The notes under the pieces were generated by a model. That model saw only the letters and a program-made list of their open reading frames with translations. It had not been told where the DNA came from and did not search any database. DNA of 64,000 nt from Eledone cirrhosa (taxonomy: Eukaryota). The first letter of the stretch is position 1. Each line of letters opens with the position of its first letter. Position numbers and translations under genes: made by a program. The stretch lies in contig OZ024740.1 in NCBI GenBank assembly GCA_964016885.1, positions 250,356,001 through 250,420,000 on the forward strand. Direction: 5' to 3'. Positions 1 to 11,285 of this stretch are shown here, piece after piece.

Positions 1-1
1 C

Positions 2-184
2 CCGCGAATGTTTAGAGGTCGCTGTTTTAGGTGCCAGGGCCCGCACATCGCTAGAGACTGTAGAGAGTCAAGGCCGGAAATAATATGCTACCGGTGTAAG
101 CGACCAGGCCACATTGCTACTAAATGCGACCAGGGAAACGATCCAAGGGGAACTACTGCGCCGGTAGTTGCCCCTTATGAGTAG
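2..184 (+). CDS. gag: C-terminus of Gypsy gag with two zinc knuckles (partial)
   Basis: Manual translation: CFRCQGPHIARDC from 23 and CYRCKRPGHIATKC from 86 in the same frame; stop TAG at 182-184. Confidence 0.85.
   Translation, partial: PRMFRGRCFRCQGPHIARDCRESRPEIICYRCKRPGHIATKCDQGNDPRGTTAPVVAPYE
133..176 (+). promoter_or_regulatory. Candidate -1 ribosomal frameshift signal (gag-pol)
   Basis: G GGA AAC heptamer at 133-139 in the gag frame, 5-nt spacer, stem AAGGGGAACTAC / GTAGTT(G)CCCCTT at 145-176; pol is in the -1 frame. Confidence 0.7.
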
Positions 185-195
185 AGGCGCTGCCC

Positions 196-2978
196 GTGGT
201 GGAAGTCTTCGTGAGGGGAAAGCCACAGCGAGCCCTCATGGACACGTGCTGTACGACGACACTGGTGACCGCGGGGGTGGCGCAGAGGTGGATAGGGAAG
301 AGCAGCGTAAGGGTAGTCGACAGCAGGAAAATTGAATGCCGAAGTCGCAGCGAGGTGGAGATGGCGGTACGGGGAAGGAAAATAAGGCTTTCTGCCATCG
401 TAGTTGACAACGTGGTGGATGGGATCGGCGTGGTTATGGGCATGGACGCAATTGGCCGTCTAGGAGGCATCACAGTGAACAACGTCGGTGTGTCGTTTGG
501 CGGCGCTGCATCGGTATGCACTGTGAGTACGCGACAGGAGAACCAGAAGGCCCACGAGGAGAAATACCCCGCTTACACTGTGCAGGGCAAAGACTTCAAG
601 GCCGTGTTCGATGGGCAGCGATGGGTTGTTGAGTGGTACTGGAAAGGAGAACCACCAACACTGAAGACCAAAGTGGGCTGCTATCAACACACATTGAAGG
701 GAGACATTAGGAGCGAGTTCGAGCGAGAGGTAGAGAGATGGGTTTAGGAGGGCATACTGCTTCCCATGAAAGAGGAGGTGAAGTGCGGAGTATTGCCGTT
801 AATGGCAGTGGCGCAACCCACAAAGAACAAGGTGAGGCCGATGCTGGACTTTCGGGAGCTGAACGACCATGTGTCATGCTACACGGGTGGAGAGGTCACG
901 GATGTCTGTGGGGAAACCCTGCGTGAGTGGAGAGGCATGACGAGGGGTTCAGCAATCGTAGATCTAAAGTCGGCATACTTGCAATTGTATATGGATGAGA
1001 AGCTCTGGCAGTATCAGCTGGTCAGGTATGAGGGCCGGACATATTGCCTGACCAGGCTCGGTTTCGAACTGAGCTCCGCACCGAAGATCATGGCGGCAGT
1101 CCTCAAGACCATTCTGGGAAAAGCCGACAAGATGAAGAGGGCCACTAACTCCTACATAGACGACATCCTAGTGGACGAGTCTGTAGTGTCGGCGGCGGAG
1201 GTCACGAGCCATTTACAGGAGTATGGACTGGCTGCGAAGCGGTCAGAAGCGTTGGAGGGAGGAGCCGCGCTGGGACTTAGGCTACGGCGAGACAGGACGG
1301 GCGTCTTGGTATTCCAGAGGGGAAATGAAGTTCCAGAACTGGGCCCAAGTATGAGTAGGCGGGAGCTTTTCTCGGTGTGTGGAAAGTTGGTGGGTCACTA
1401 CCCGATTGCTGGGTGGCTCCGGACGGCATGCAGCTATGTCAAGAGACGAGCGGGAGGGGTGACTTGGAGTGACAGAGTGGGAGAGAGGACGGTGACCATG
1501 ATGCAAGAGGTCGTGGAGAGGGTGAAGGCCGACGACCCAGTGCGGGGACGCTGGTATGTTCCCAAATCGCAGAGCGGGACCGTATGGTGCGATGCCAGCA
1601 GCATAGCGCTGGGTGTCACATTGGAGATAGGAGGTGTTGAGGTCGAGGATGCAGCCTGGCTTAGGAAGAAGGACGACTGCAACCACATCAATGTGGCCGA
1701 ACTGGACGCAGTGTTGAGAGGGGTGAACCTCGCCCTGAGGTGGGGACTGCGCACCATCGAGATACGCACTGACTCGGCTACTGTACTCGGATGGGTGAGA
1801 TCAGTGCTCACCAGTGAGAAGAGAGTGTGAACGAGAGGGGCGGTGGAGATGCTGATAAAGCGCCGCCTGGGAACTTTAGGAGAGCTGGCCACCGAGTGCG
1901 ACCTGAGGCTGAGCGTAGTTTTCGTGTTCTCAGAGAAAAATAAGGCGGACGTCTTAACCAGGGTGAAGAAAGCTTGGATGGAAGCGCCGGAGGAGGTAGA
2001 AGATGAGATAGCTGCCGTGTGTCAGCTGACCGAGTCGGATCTGAAAGGGTTGCATGACATGCACCACATGGGAGTGGATAGGACCCTGTTCCTAGCCAGG
2101 AGAATCGACTCGGACGTTAACAGACACAGTGTTCAAAGGGTGGTTAGAGGCTGCGTCCGATGTCAGTCAATTGATCCCACTCCGGGTGTGCACGAAACGG
2201 GAAGCCTCCCGGTGGATCGCGACTGGAAGCGATTGGCGGTGGATGTAACGCACTACCGACAGGGAACGTACCTCTCGATGGTCGACTGTGGACCAGGACG
2301 GATGGCCATATGGAGGGAGATGAAGACTGGAACGGCCGAGGAAATCATGCAGACGTTGAGAGAGGTGTTCTTGGAGCGGGGCCCTGTGGATGAACTGCTG
2401 ATGGACAACAGCACAGCGTTCTGCTCGGAGGCGCTGAGGGAGATGCTCGATGGATGGAAGGTGGACCGTTTCTTCAGAGCAACGCACAGGCCGAGCGGGA
2501 ATGGAATTGTGGAGCGACACCACCGGAGGATCAAAGCAATGGCGGAGCGGGGCCAATGGAGGCAGTGTTCTGGTACATGTCCCCTCGGGTGGGACAGGTT
2601 GAGGAATCAGTGCCACACAGAGCAGTATTCAGATACGAGTGGCGGCACCCGTGCACGCCACCACAACGGCCAGTGGGGAGAGAGAATGCATTCGTGCAGG
2701 TGGGCGAAGAAGTCTGGGTTAAGCCCCCAGATGCACGTTGCACATCTCAATGGGGAAGGGGAACGGTGACGGCCGTAAATTCCCAGAACAATGTGTCCGT
2801 GGACGGAGTACCACGTCATGTCCTGGATGTCCGTAGAATCACTGTGTCAACGGACTCCGAGGAAGAGGAAACCCAAAGTGCCGCCCCAACACTGCGGAGA
2901 TCGCAAAGAAGTCGCAAACCACCAACCTGGACAGCAGACTTTCATATGCAGAAGGACGAGGGGGAAATTGATCCTTGA
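196..2978 (+). pseudogene. pol: Gypsy pol (protease, RT, RNase H, integrase), interrupted
   Basis: ALMDTCC protease motif, DLKSAY and YIDD RT motifs, WCDAS and INVAEL RNase H, HHCC plus DVT/MDN/NGIVER integrase; stops at 745 and 1828, frameshift near 2550. Confidence 0.9.
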
Positions 2979-2991
2979 GATCAGGGGGGCG

Positions 2992-3261
2992 TGTGGGTAT
3001 GGTGTGGTGTGCGGTGGCCGGAAGCTGGGGAGTGCTCGACCGGAAGAGTGCTTGACCGGAAGGGTGCTTGGCCGGAAGGGTGCTCGACCGGAAGGGCCAG
3101 CAGATCGGTCTCTCTCTAGTGGTGACCAGGAACTGTGTGGACGCGAGTTTGGCAGCTCCCGGGTGTTAATGAATTCGACGCACGTGGAAGAGGAGAAACC
3201 AGCCATGGGATTTAGCGGCGCCTATGAAAAGCGGTAAGTGAGATAGTTTTTTCTAACCACA
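2992..3261 (+). repeat. 3' LTR (about 270 bp), preceded by a polypurine tract at 2983-2991
   Basis: AGGGGGGCG followed by TGTGG...CCACA inverted termini; the 5' LTR is not in the window to confirm. Confidence 0.75.
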
Positions 3262-3438
3262 GTTCTCTGTATGTAGGCCCTTGTCATCTTTAAAGAAAAA
3301 AAATTATTTCTTCTTTTTATTCTTCTTCTGTATTATTGTTTTTATATTGTTTACTCGATTTTTCTGTAAAAGCCACACTGTCCCCTATATGTTAGCCCTT
3401 GTGGCCAATAAAGAAATTATTATTATTATCATTATTAT
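3262..3438 (+). mobile_element. 3' UTR remnant of a Tx1-like LINE with (ATT)n tail
   Basis: Ends GCCCTTGTGGCCAATAAAGAAATTATTATT like the other Tx1-like copies. Confidence 0.7.
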
Positions 3439-3440
3439 AA

Positions 3441-3662
3441 AGGGCGGTGGATTGGCAGTATCAATAAGCATCAGATACCATGCTTTGCAGCATAGAGTTA
3501 CGGCCCTTTATGATCTGAGTTCAAATCCTGCCTTTGATCCTTACGGGGTTGATAAAATAAAGTACCAGTCATGCACCGAGGTCGATTTAATCGACGTTCC
3601 CCTCCCCCAAAATTGCTGGCCTTGTGCCTATATAAGAAACCATTATAATTATTATTATTATT
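3441..3662 (+). mobile_element. tRNA-derived SINE, long variant
   Basis: A-box-like TGGCAGTATC, B box GAGTTCAAATCC, central GCCTTT.ATCCTTACGGGGT.GATAAAATAAAGTACCAGT core (resembles the Deu/Nin SINE core, from recall), ATT tail. Confidence 0.85.
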
Positions 3663-6600
3663 GCACATGTGTGAAGACGTTACAAGTCTGCAGGAGAAAA
3701 GGTTCGTAAGTTTAAGTTGTTTTAAAGTATTATTTTGTGTATTTTCTTGTCGATAATGTAGCATAAGGTACCCATCTTGGTTCCAAAGAGAGGAGACCTC
3801 TCAATATTTGGGCTTTAAGCCTGAATATTCGGATTTATTTTAAAACACTTTGAAAAAATCACTTCCCCACCAAAACATAAAAAATTCGACCTTCAAACGG
3901 TAAACAGCTTACAGGTCAAACAGTAAAAAACAACCACTATAGCTCCCACTACTACAACTATTACTACCACAGACATGTGCGATATGTCTGTCGTTAACTC
4001 TACTGAATGTAAGAAGACAACACAAGAGATGGGAGTGGTTAACAACACTGTATCACCTCCAACTGACATCGCCACCACCACTGCTACCATCACAACAACA
4101 ACCAAGAAAAACAACAACATCAACAGCCTCAATATAAGCACTAATAACGGTAGCAGCAGCAACAACAACAACAGCAAGAACGGCAACACCAACAATGAAA
4201 GCAACAACAAGCTCAATGGCGGTGCCACATTTGCAGCAGCAGCAGCCAAAAAGAATGCGCTTTTTCAACGTGGAAATCAGCGATAAGGAATGACAGTTGG
4301 TCAAGGCATGGAGGTTAATTAAACGCGAGAAGTCCTGGGCCAATCTAACCATCCTGGACGAGGCCATAGCAGCCATGCAAAGAAGGACTGTATACTTTCA
4401 ATGCATTTTGGTGCAAACTTGGAAGGTGGTACTCGCCAACCAGGCAGAAGGCGAGGTTGCTTTGGAGTGCATCAAGAGTGATATTGAGTACCAAGTAAGG
4501 GCCAAGCAGTTCGGTACCATCTCAGTTCAAAACCGAGGCCTTTGCTATTAAGCACTCCGTGACCCCCTGCAGAACAGAACGCATTATCATGCACCCGTCC
4601 TACCTGGACAAAAGGACAGTAAAGGTCTGCATTCCTAGGATCCCACCAGGAATGAACCTATGGTGGCTCCTGGGATGTGTAATCGAGGAGGGCACAGACA
4701 CTACCGTCGTAGATATTAAAAAGATGGAGAGAGAGGAATGGATTTGGAGAGTCTTCTCCAAATGAAACCAGAGGACCTCAACAACATCCCGGATTTTGCT
4801 CGCCTGCAGGACGGGAAAACGATTCAATTAATCAGTGAGGGAAGATGCTGCACTCCTTTGTCTGCGGGGAAGCAGCAACGCATCTGCAAGCCTTCTGCCC
4901 TCAGCTCAAAAATGCAGGGGGTCGCAAACCTCCTTCGCTTCCAACGCCAGTGTCGACATGGAAAGCTCCAGCACCACCAACAATGACACGGGGAGCCCCA
5001 CCAACAGCAACAACAGCTGGACCACCACCAGTACCAAAACCAACCCAAGGGGAAAACGAGGAGAGCTCTCCCACTCCCCCTACCCCTCAAAATATACACT
5101 TGGACAAAACCATTAATGCACACGCAGACACAGATACACTCACAGCCAGCAGTGAAGATGAAGGAAAACCCAAAAGTGCCAAAAAACAAAAGAGAAAGCT
5201 CACAAAAAAGCCCTCCCAAAACACAAAAACATACACAACAAAAAATACAGACACTACTAACGCAAACACTTCCCCAATAACATCAACAACATCAACATCA
5301 ACACCACCCTCACAATCCCCTAAACACAAACAACCTAAACAAACACAAGAACAAATAAACACACAGACACCTGAAATTGCAGACACTACACCTACAACAA
5401 ACACAGACATACACGAAACAACACCATCAAAACCATCACCACCACAGTCACCATTCCAGACAGATCCATCCACGAGAACCTCCATCTCATGCGATACATT
5501 ATAGAGAGCGTGGTTAAAGAACCTGGCACGGGTGGGGCCATGATCAACTTGGATCAATCTATAGCATTTGATAGGGTCCACCATCGGTACTTGGCTGCGG
5601 TCCTCGAGGCGACATGCTTTGGGCTCGTTTTCCGGAGCTGGATCACTGCGATGCACAGCGACATCTGCTTGATTGTGAGGGTGAATGTTCACCTGTCACA
5701 GCCGTTTAGCATCATGCGCTCGGTCCGGCAGGATTGTCTCCTCTCGTCCCTCTTGTACATATGAGCTCTCGAGCCGTTACGGCACAAATTGGAGACGATG
5801 GGGGTGAGGGTGTGCCACGCAAACTGGGATGTGGGAGATCCATGTCAGTTTATGCTGACGACGTCACCGTGGTGGTGTCGAGCACCAAACATGTCCAGAT
5901 GCTCGGCATCGCTCTCAAGGAATACGAAACGATGACAGGAGCAAAGATAAACCATGAAAGTCAGTGGGCTTGCAACTCAGCACCTGGAGAGGCAAGACCA
6001 TGCCTTCCGACAGCGTCGTGAGCCGCTGGATGGAAGGACCGATTAAATTGCTCGGGGTCTGGTTTGGTCCGGACCTCCAGATGGAGAAAACAGAGCTGTA
6101 GTCCTGAATCAGGAAAAGACCGAGGGATAGCGCTTGGAAGCTGGAACATCTCCAAGCACTCACAGCCTTCTACCAGCTGGGCACTAGTATTGGCGGAACA
6201 TCCACCTAGTGTAGGGGAAGTGCAACAACATTCTTGGGGAGACCCTGGGTGTCGAAGATGATCAGCTGTTCGCTCTCTTCGAGAGATTTTTTTGCCCAGG
6301 GCCTATGGACAACTTCCAGAAATCCCTGGCCTGGCAGTGCTACCGGGGAGCATTGCTGGTTTGGGATAAACTCTACAGGCACGGAGGTGCTGTCAGCCGA
6401 GCCTGTGCACGCACTTGTTCAGTGCCCGAGAATTGCTGACTTGTGGGGCTATGTCGAACAGCTGCTGTCGTGTGTAGGACGGATCCGGTTATTGACTGAG
6501 TCCATTGCGCAGATAGCCCCACCGTCCTCCTTTAAGGAGGAGGAAGGGCAGGCAGTTTTCATCTGCCTGGTGGCCATGGCGAAAGAGATTGTATGGTGGA

Positions 6601-6998
6601 CAAGGTTGAAAGGATTGAAGATGGACACTTTCCTCTCTGCCAATCCCTGATTAACTTCTTCAAGTTTCACTTGAAGAGTAAAATCAGGGTGGAGAGGCAA
6701 GTGCTGTCATCTAATAAGTTTGTTGAAAGGTGGGTGAAAGTGGTGCGCCTGGTCTGACTGAACGGGCCTGCTCTGAGTATGCGCCTGTAGGCAGAGGAGT
6801 GGGAAAACGGAGGTTTCTCCCTTTTTGGGGAATTTTTGTTTGAATTTGTTTTGATTTGTTTTTACACATTTCTATCTTGTTATAACCATTTTACACATCC
6901 AAAACGCACTTTGTATCGTCCTGTACCATTCTGTGCCGTCTGTAATGTTTTTCTTAATTGTGGCCATTAAAGAAACCCTTATTATTATTATTTTTATT
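3663..6998 (+). mobile_element. Decayed chimeric Tx1-like LINE: F2-type ORF1 joined near 5450 to an F3-type RT and 3' end
   Basis: 4600-5450 matches ORF1 at 36805-37690; 5452 onward matches RT at 29390/45790; ORF2 stop at 6788-6790; ATT tail. Confidence 0.8.
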
Positions 6999-7366
6999 GA
7001 GGTTGACTTTGCCTTTCATCCTTACGGGGTCGATAAAATAAAGTACCAGTAATACAATGGTTAATTGGTGGCCTTGTGCCTAAAGTAGAAACAATTATTA
7101 TTATTATTATTATTATTATTATCATTATTATTATTATTATTATTATAAAGACGGTGGATTGGCAGTATCGGTAGAGGATCGGATGCCATGCTTTGAAGCA
7201 TAGAGTTACCTCCCTGTATGATCTGAGTTCAAATCCCGCCGAGGTTAACTTTGCCTTTCATCCTTCCGGGGTCGATAGAATAAAGTACCAGTAATGCGTT
7301 GGGTAATTGCTGGCCTTGTGCCAAAAGTAGAAACAATTATTATTGTTATTATTATTATTATTATTA
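6999..7366 (+). mobile_element. Two SINE copies (5'-truncated 6999-7146; near full-length 7147-7366), each with an (ATT)n tail
   Basis: Shared core and GGCCTTGTGCC.AAAGTAGAAACAATTATT end. Confidence 0.88.
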
Positions 7367-8113
7367 TCTCTGGCCTGGCAGTGCTACCGAGGAGCCTTGC
7401 CAGTTCGGGATAAACTCTACAGGCATGGAGGTGCCGTCAGTCGGGCATGTCCGAGATGCGCGCAGGGCGACGAAACCGTCCTGCACGCACTCGTCCAGTG
7501 TCCGAAAATTGCTGACTTGTGGGTTTATGTCGAACACCTGCTGTCGCGTTTAGGACGGATCCGGCTATCATCTGAGTCCATCGTGAGGATTGCCCCGCCC
7601 TCCTCCTTTAGCCGGGAAGGGCAGGCAGTTTTTATCTGTCTGGTGGCCATGGCGAAAGAGATAGTATGGTGGACACGTTTGAAAGGGCTGAAGACGAGCA
7701 CTTACCTCTTCGGTGATGCTCTGATTGACTTTTTCAAATTTCATTTGAAAAGGAAAATCAGGGTAGAGAGGGAAGTGCTCTCTTCCCAGCATTTTGTTGA
7801 AAGATGGGTGAGAGAAGCAAGAATAGCCCGAGTGAATGAGCCTACTCTGAGTATATATCTGTAAATTAAAGGTGGAAAACTGGGAGAGGGCACTTGCCTT
7901 GGTGGTCAGGGTCATTGTGTCTTTTTACTGGGCTTTCTCCACAAATGTCCCTCCGAAGGGGAATTTTTCATTGTTATTTTTTGTTACATCCTCTGTTTTT
8001 GTTTTTTACACGCAGAAATGCCCATTTGTACCGTCCTGTATTGTCCTGCACTGTCCTTAATGTCTACTTTATGTAAACCTTTGTGGTTAATAAAGAAATC
8101 ATTATTATTATTA
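7367..8113 (+). mobile_element. 5'-truncated Tx1-like F1 copy (ORF2 C-terminus and 3' UTR)
   Basis: ORF 7343-7864 has CPRC..ETVLHALVQC and is nearly identical to the end of 55097-58516; AATAAA then ATT tail. Confidence 0.92.
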
Positions 8114-11100
8114 TATCATCTAGATCGTATATAGACAGAATCTTCATTAGGAAAATAGATAGAAATAGTGTGGGCTGTCCACTTTTTAAAACGGTCGCCT
8201 ATTCAGATCACAAATTTGTGATCTGTACGGTCGACCTAAATAAAACGCGTAGGTTAGGACCGGGTTACTGGAAGCTGAACATGTCATTTCCGGCACGTAA
8301 GGCTTACAGGGACCGAGTCAATAAGTTAGTTAAGCAAAAGTTGACAGGGGGGATCATCAACATCATCAACAACAGATGGTGGGGGGCTCTCAAAAGAGAG
8401 ATTTGAGTAACTTCGATAGAGTTCAGCAAAGAACTAGCGTTAGAGAAAAATAGAAAGGAGGGGGAGCTGGTAGATAAGTTAGACGAGGCTATTTGTAGTG
8501 GCATCGCAACTGACGTGCTAGCGGCGAGAATGGCATTAGACCATTTCTTCAATGCCAAACACGAAGGTTGCATTGTCAGAGCTAAGGCGCGTGCGCTGAG
8601 AAACGAGGACACTAAAGCTGTTCGATGGGCCCGCGTGGCGGAGGCGCAGCGTGGTAATAAAACCACAATACGGTCTTTGGCGGACTGAGACGGACACGAG
8701 ATAAGCGATTCCAAGCGGATGTGTGAGGCCTTTCGCCAGCACTTTGCTCGGTTGTTCGGGGAGAGTGGCGAGTCAGAGAGAGTAGCGGATTTCAGTCCCT
8801 ACGTTGACGGCTTGCCGCGGATCTCGACGGTCGACGCTGAGCGCTGCGAAAGGCCGATTACTTCAGCCGAAATTCAGGACGCCCTTGTCGGCTGCATGAG
8901 GCGCAAGTCACCCGGCTTGGATGGCCTGCCCTACGAGCTTTACGTAAATATGCCAGACTTGTTCTCCGAACTCCTCGAAGCACTCTACTGTAACTGGCAG
9001 CAGAATGGGAGTATTCCCAGTTCTGTGAGCAGGGGAGTGGTGACGCTGATAAGGAAAGACGAGAACAAGAGGGATACATTAGACAACTTCAGGCCCATAA
9101 CTCTGCTCAACACAGAGTTTAAGATTTTGGCCAAGGTGTTAGCAAAGAGATTGGCGCTTGTCGTCGAGGATTTGGTTGGGGAGGCGCAAACTTGCGCAAT
9201 CCCAGCCAGGTCCATACACGACAATCTCCACCTCATGCGATACATCATAGAGAGGGTAGGGTGTAAACCTGGCTTCGGTGGGGCACTGATCAATTTAGAT
9301 CAATCGAAAGCATTCGATAGGGTCGACCATCGGTATCTGGAGTTTGTCCTCAAAGCAGCTGGCTTCGGCCCTGTCTTTAGAAGCTGGATCGTTGCAATGC
9401 ACAGCGGCACACGCTCGGTGGTCAAGGTTAATGGCCACCTCTCGGAACCATTTCGGCTCTCCCGATCGGTCCGTCAAGGGTGCCCTCTCTCTTCCCTTCT
9501 GTACGTATTGACTCTCGAGCCTTTACTGCGGAAGCTGGAGCTGTTGCAGGGCATCCCGCTCGAACCGGGACGTGGAAAGGCGGTGTCGGCTTATGCGTGA
9601 TGGTGTCGAACACCTCAGAAATCGAGGTGGTCGGCACCTTATTGAAGGAATATGAAAGGTTGACAGGAGCCAAACTTAACCCGGAAAAGTCGGTGGGCTT
9701 GCAGCTCGGAACCTGGAGAGGCAAGCCCATGCCGTCCAACAGCGTCGTGGGGCGCTGGACGGACGGACCAGTAAAGTTGCTCGGGGTTTGGTTCGGACCT
9801 GACCTCCAGGTGGAAAAGAATTGGGACGAGGTAACGAGCAAAGTAGCCAGTCTCACCCAAAAATGGGCTGGGAGGAAGTTATCACTGAAAGGTCGCGCGG
9901 AGGTGGCGAATGCGTACATCGCGTCCGTCATCTATTACCGCCTAACCGTCGTGCCTTGCCCCCGTCCGCGCCTCGTCAAGTTGGAACGGCTCCTCTTCAA
10001 ATTCTTGTGGAGGGGACAAGTTCCGTTGGTGAGGCGGTCAATCTGCTGCCAGCACCCTCTACGCGGAGGGCTGGGCATGCCGTGGCTAATGATGCGCAGA
10101 CATGCGTTGAGGCTGCGACATCTCCAGATATTCTGCCTCAATGGTGAACAGGTGTGGTCGCCGTTTATCAGACGGGCCTTTCCGCAGCTCATTTCTTTGA
10201 CTGAGCTGCAGTCCTGGGTCAAGAAGAGACCGAGACTGGGTGACTGGCACCTGGAATGTTGCCAGGCACTTACTGCCCTCTACCAAGCGGGAAATGCGAT
10301 CAGTGGAACTTCCACTCTCGAGTTATATAGAGGATTAGTGGTGGGCAAGTGCGATGACGCACTCGGAGAAGCTTTGGGCCTCGACGAAGTCGAACTGACC
10401 AGTCTGTACCGGAGGACTTTTGAGCCGGGGACGATGGACAATTTCCAGAAATCCCTCACTTGGCAGTGCTACCGGGGGGCACTGCCGGTTCGGGATAAAC
10501 TCTACAGGCACGGAAGTGCTGTCAGACGGACCTGCCCAAGATGCGCACAGAACGACGAAACCGTTCTGCACGCACTTGTCCAATGTCCGTGCATTACTGA
10601 CTTGTGGAGTTATGTCGAACAGCTACTGTCGCGTGTGGAACGAATCCAGTTATCGGCCAAGTCCATAGTGAAGATCGAGCCGCCACCTTCCTTAGGTCAT
10701 GAAGAGCAGGACATTTTCCTCTGTCTGGTGGCAGTTGCGAAAGAGATTATATGGTGGACCAGGTTGAAAGGACTAAAGACAGACACTTTTCTCTTCGGCC
10801 AATCCCTCATCAACTTCTTCAAGTTTCACCTGGAAAGGAGGGTGAGGGTGGAGAGAGAAGTGCTGCCCCCAGTACATTTGCTAAAAGGTGGGTGAATGTG
10901 GCGAGAATGGCTCGTGTGAATGGGCCTACTCTGACCATGCGCCTATAGGCTGGCTAACTTGAGGAGAGGGGTGCTCTCCTGGGTGCCCTAGAAGCGCAGG
11001 GTGGTTCAGGATTGGTGGGGTACCCGAATCACCCCAGGGTCGTCCACACCCTATCGGGGAATTTATTTTGTTATATTTTGCATAGTTTATTTTATATTTT

Positions 11101-11222
11101 ATATTTTCATTGTTAAATTAGTCTTGCCATTGTGCACTTTTACTCGACCTTATTGTAAACCCCCACTGTCCCTGTCTTTGTATTGTCCCCTACATGTCGG
11201 CCCTTGTGGCTAATAAATGAAA

Positions 11223-11284
<62 letters not shown>

Positions 11285-11285
11285 G
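8114..11285 (+). mobile_element. 5'-truncated Tx1-like F2 copy, ORF2 broken
   Basis: ORFs 8083-8406, 8719-9600 and 9480-10895; near-identical to 38645-41744; a small deletion near 9597 removes the DD of YADD; tail of about 20 ATT units. Confidence 0.93.

Larger units (their letters stand above)
1..3261 (+). mobile_element. Ty3/Gypsy LTR retrotransposon, 5' part outside the window, decayed
   Basis: Domain order gag zinc knuckles, protease, RT, RNase H, integrase, then polypurine tract and LTR; this is the Gypsy order. Confidence 0.93.

Noticed and set aside
3281-3709. Poly-Ile/Tyr/Leu ORFs across junctions (also 7299, 35070, 59530)
   Set aside because: Translations of (ATT)n and dinucleotide microsatellites
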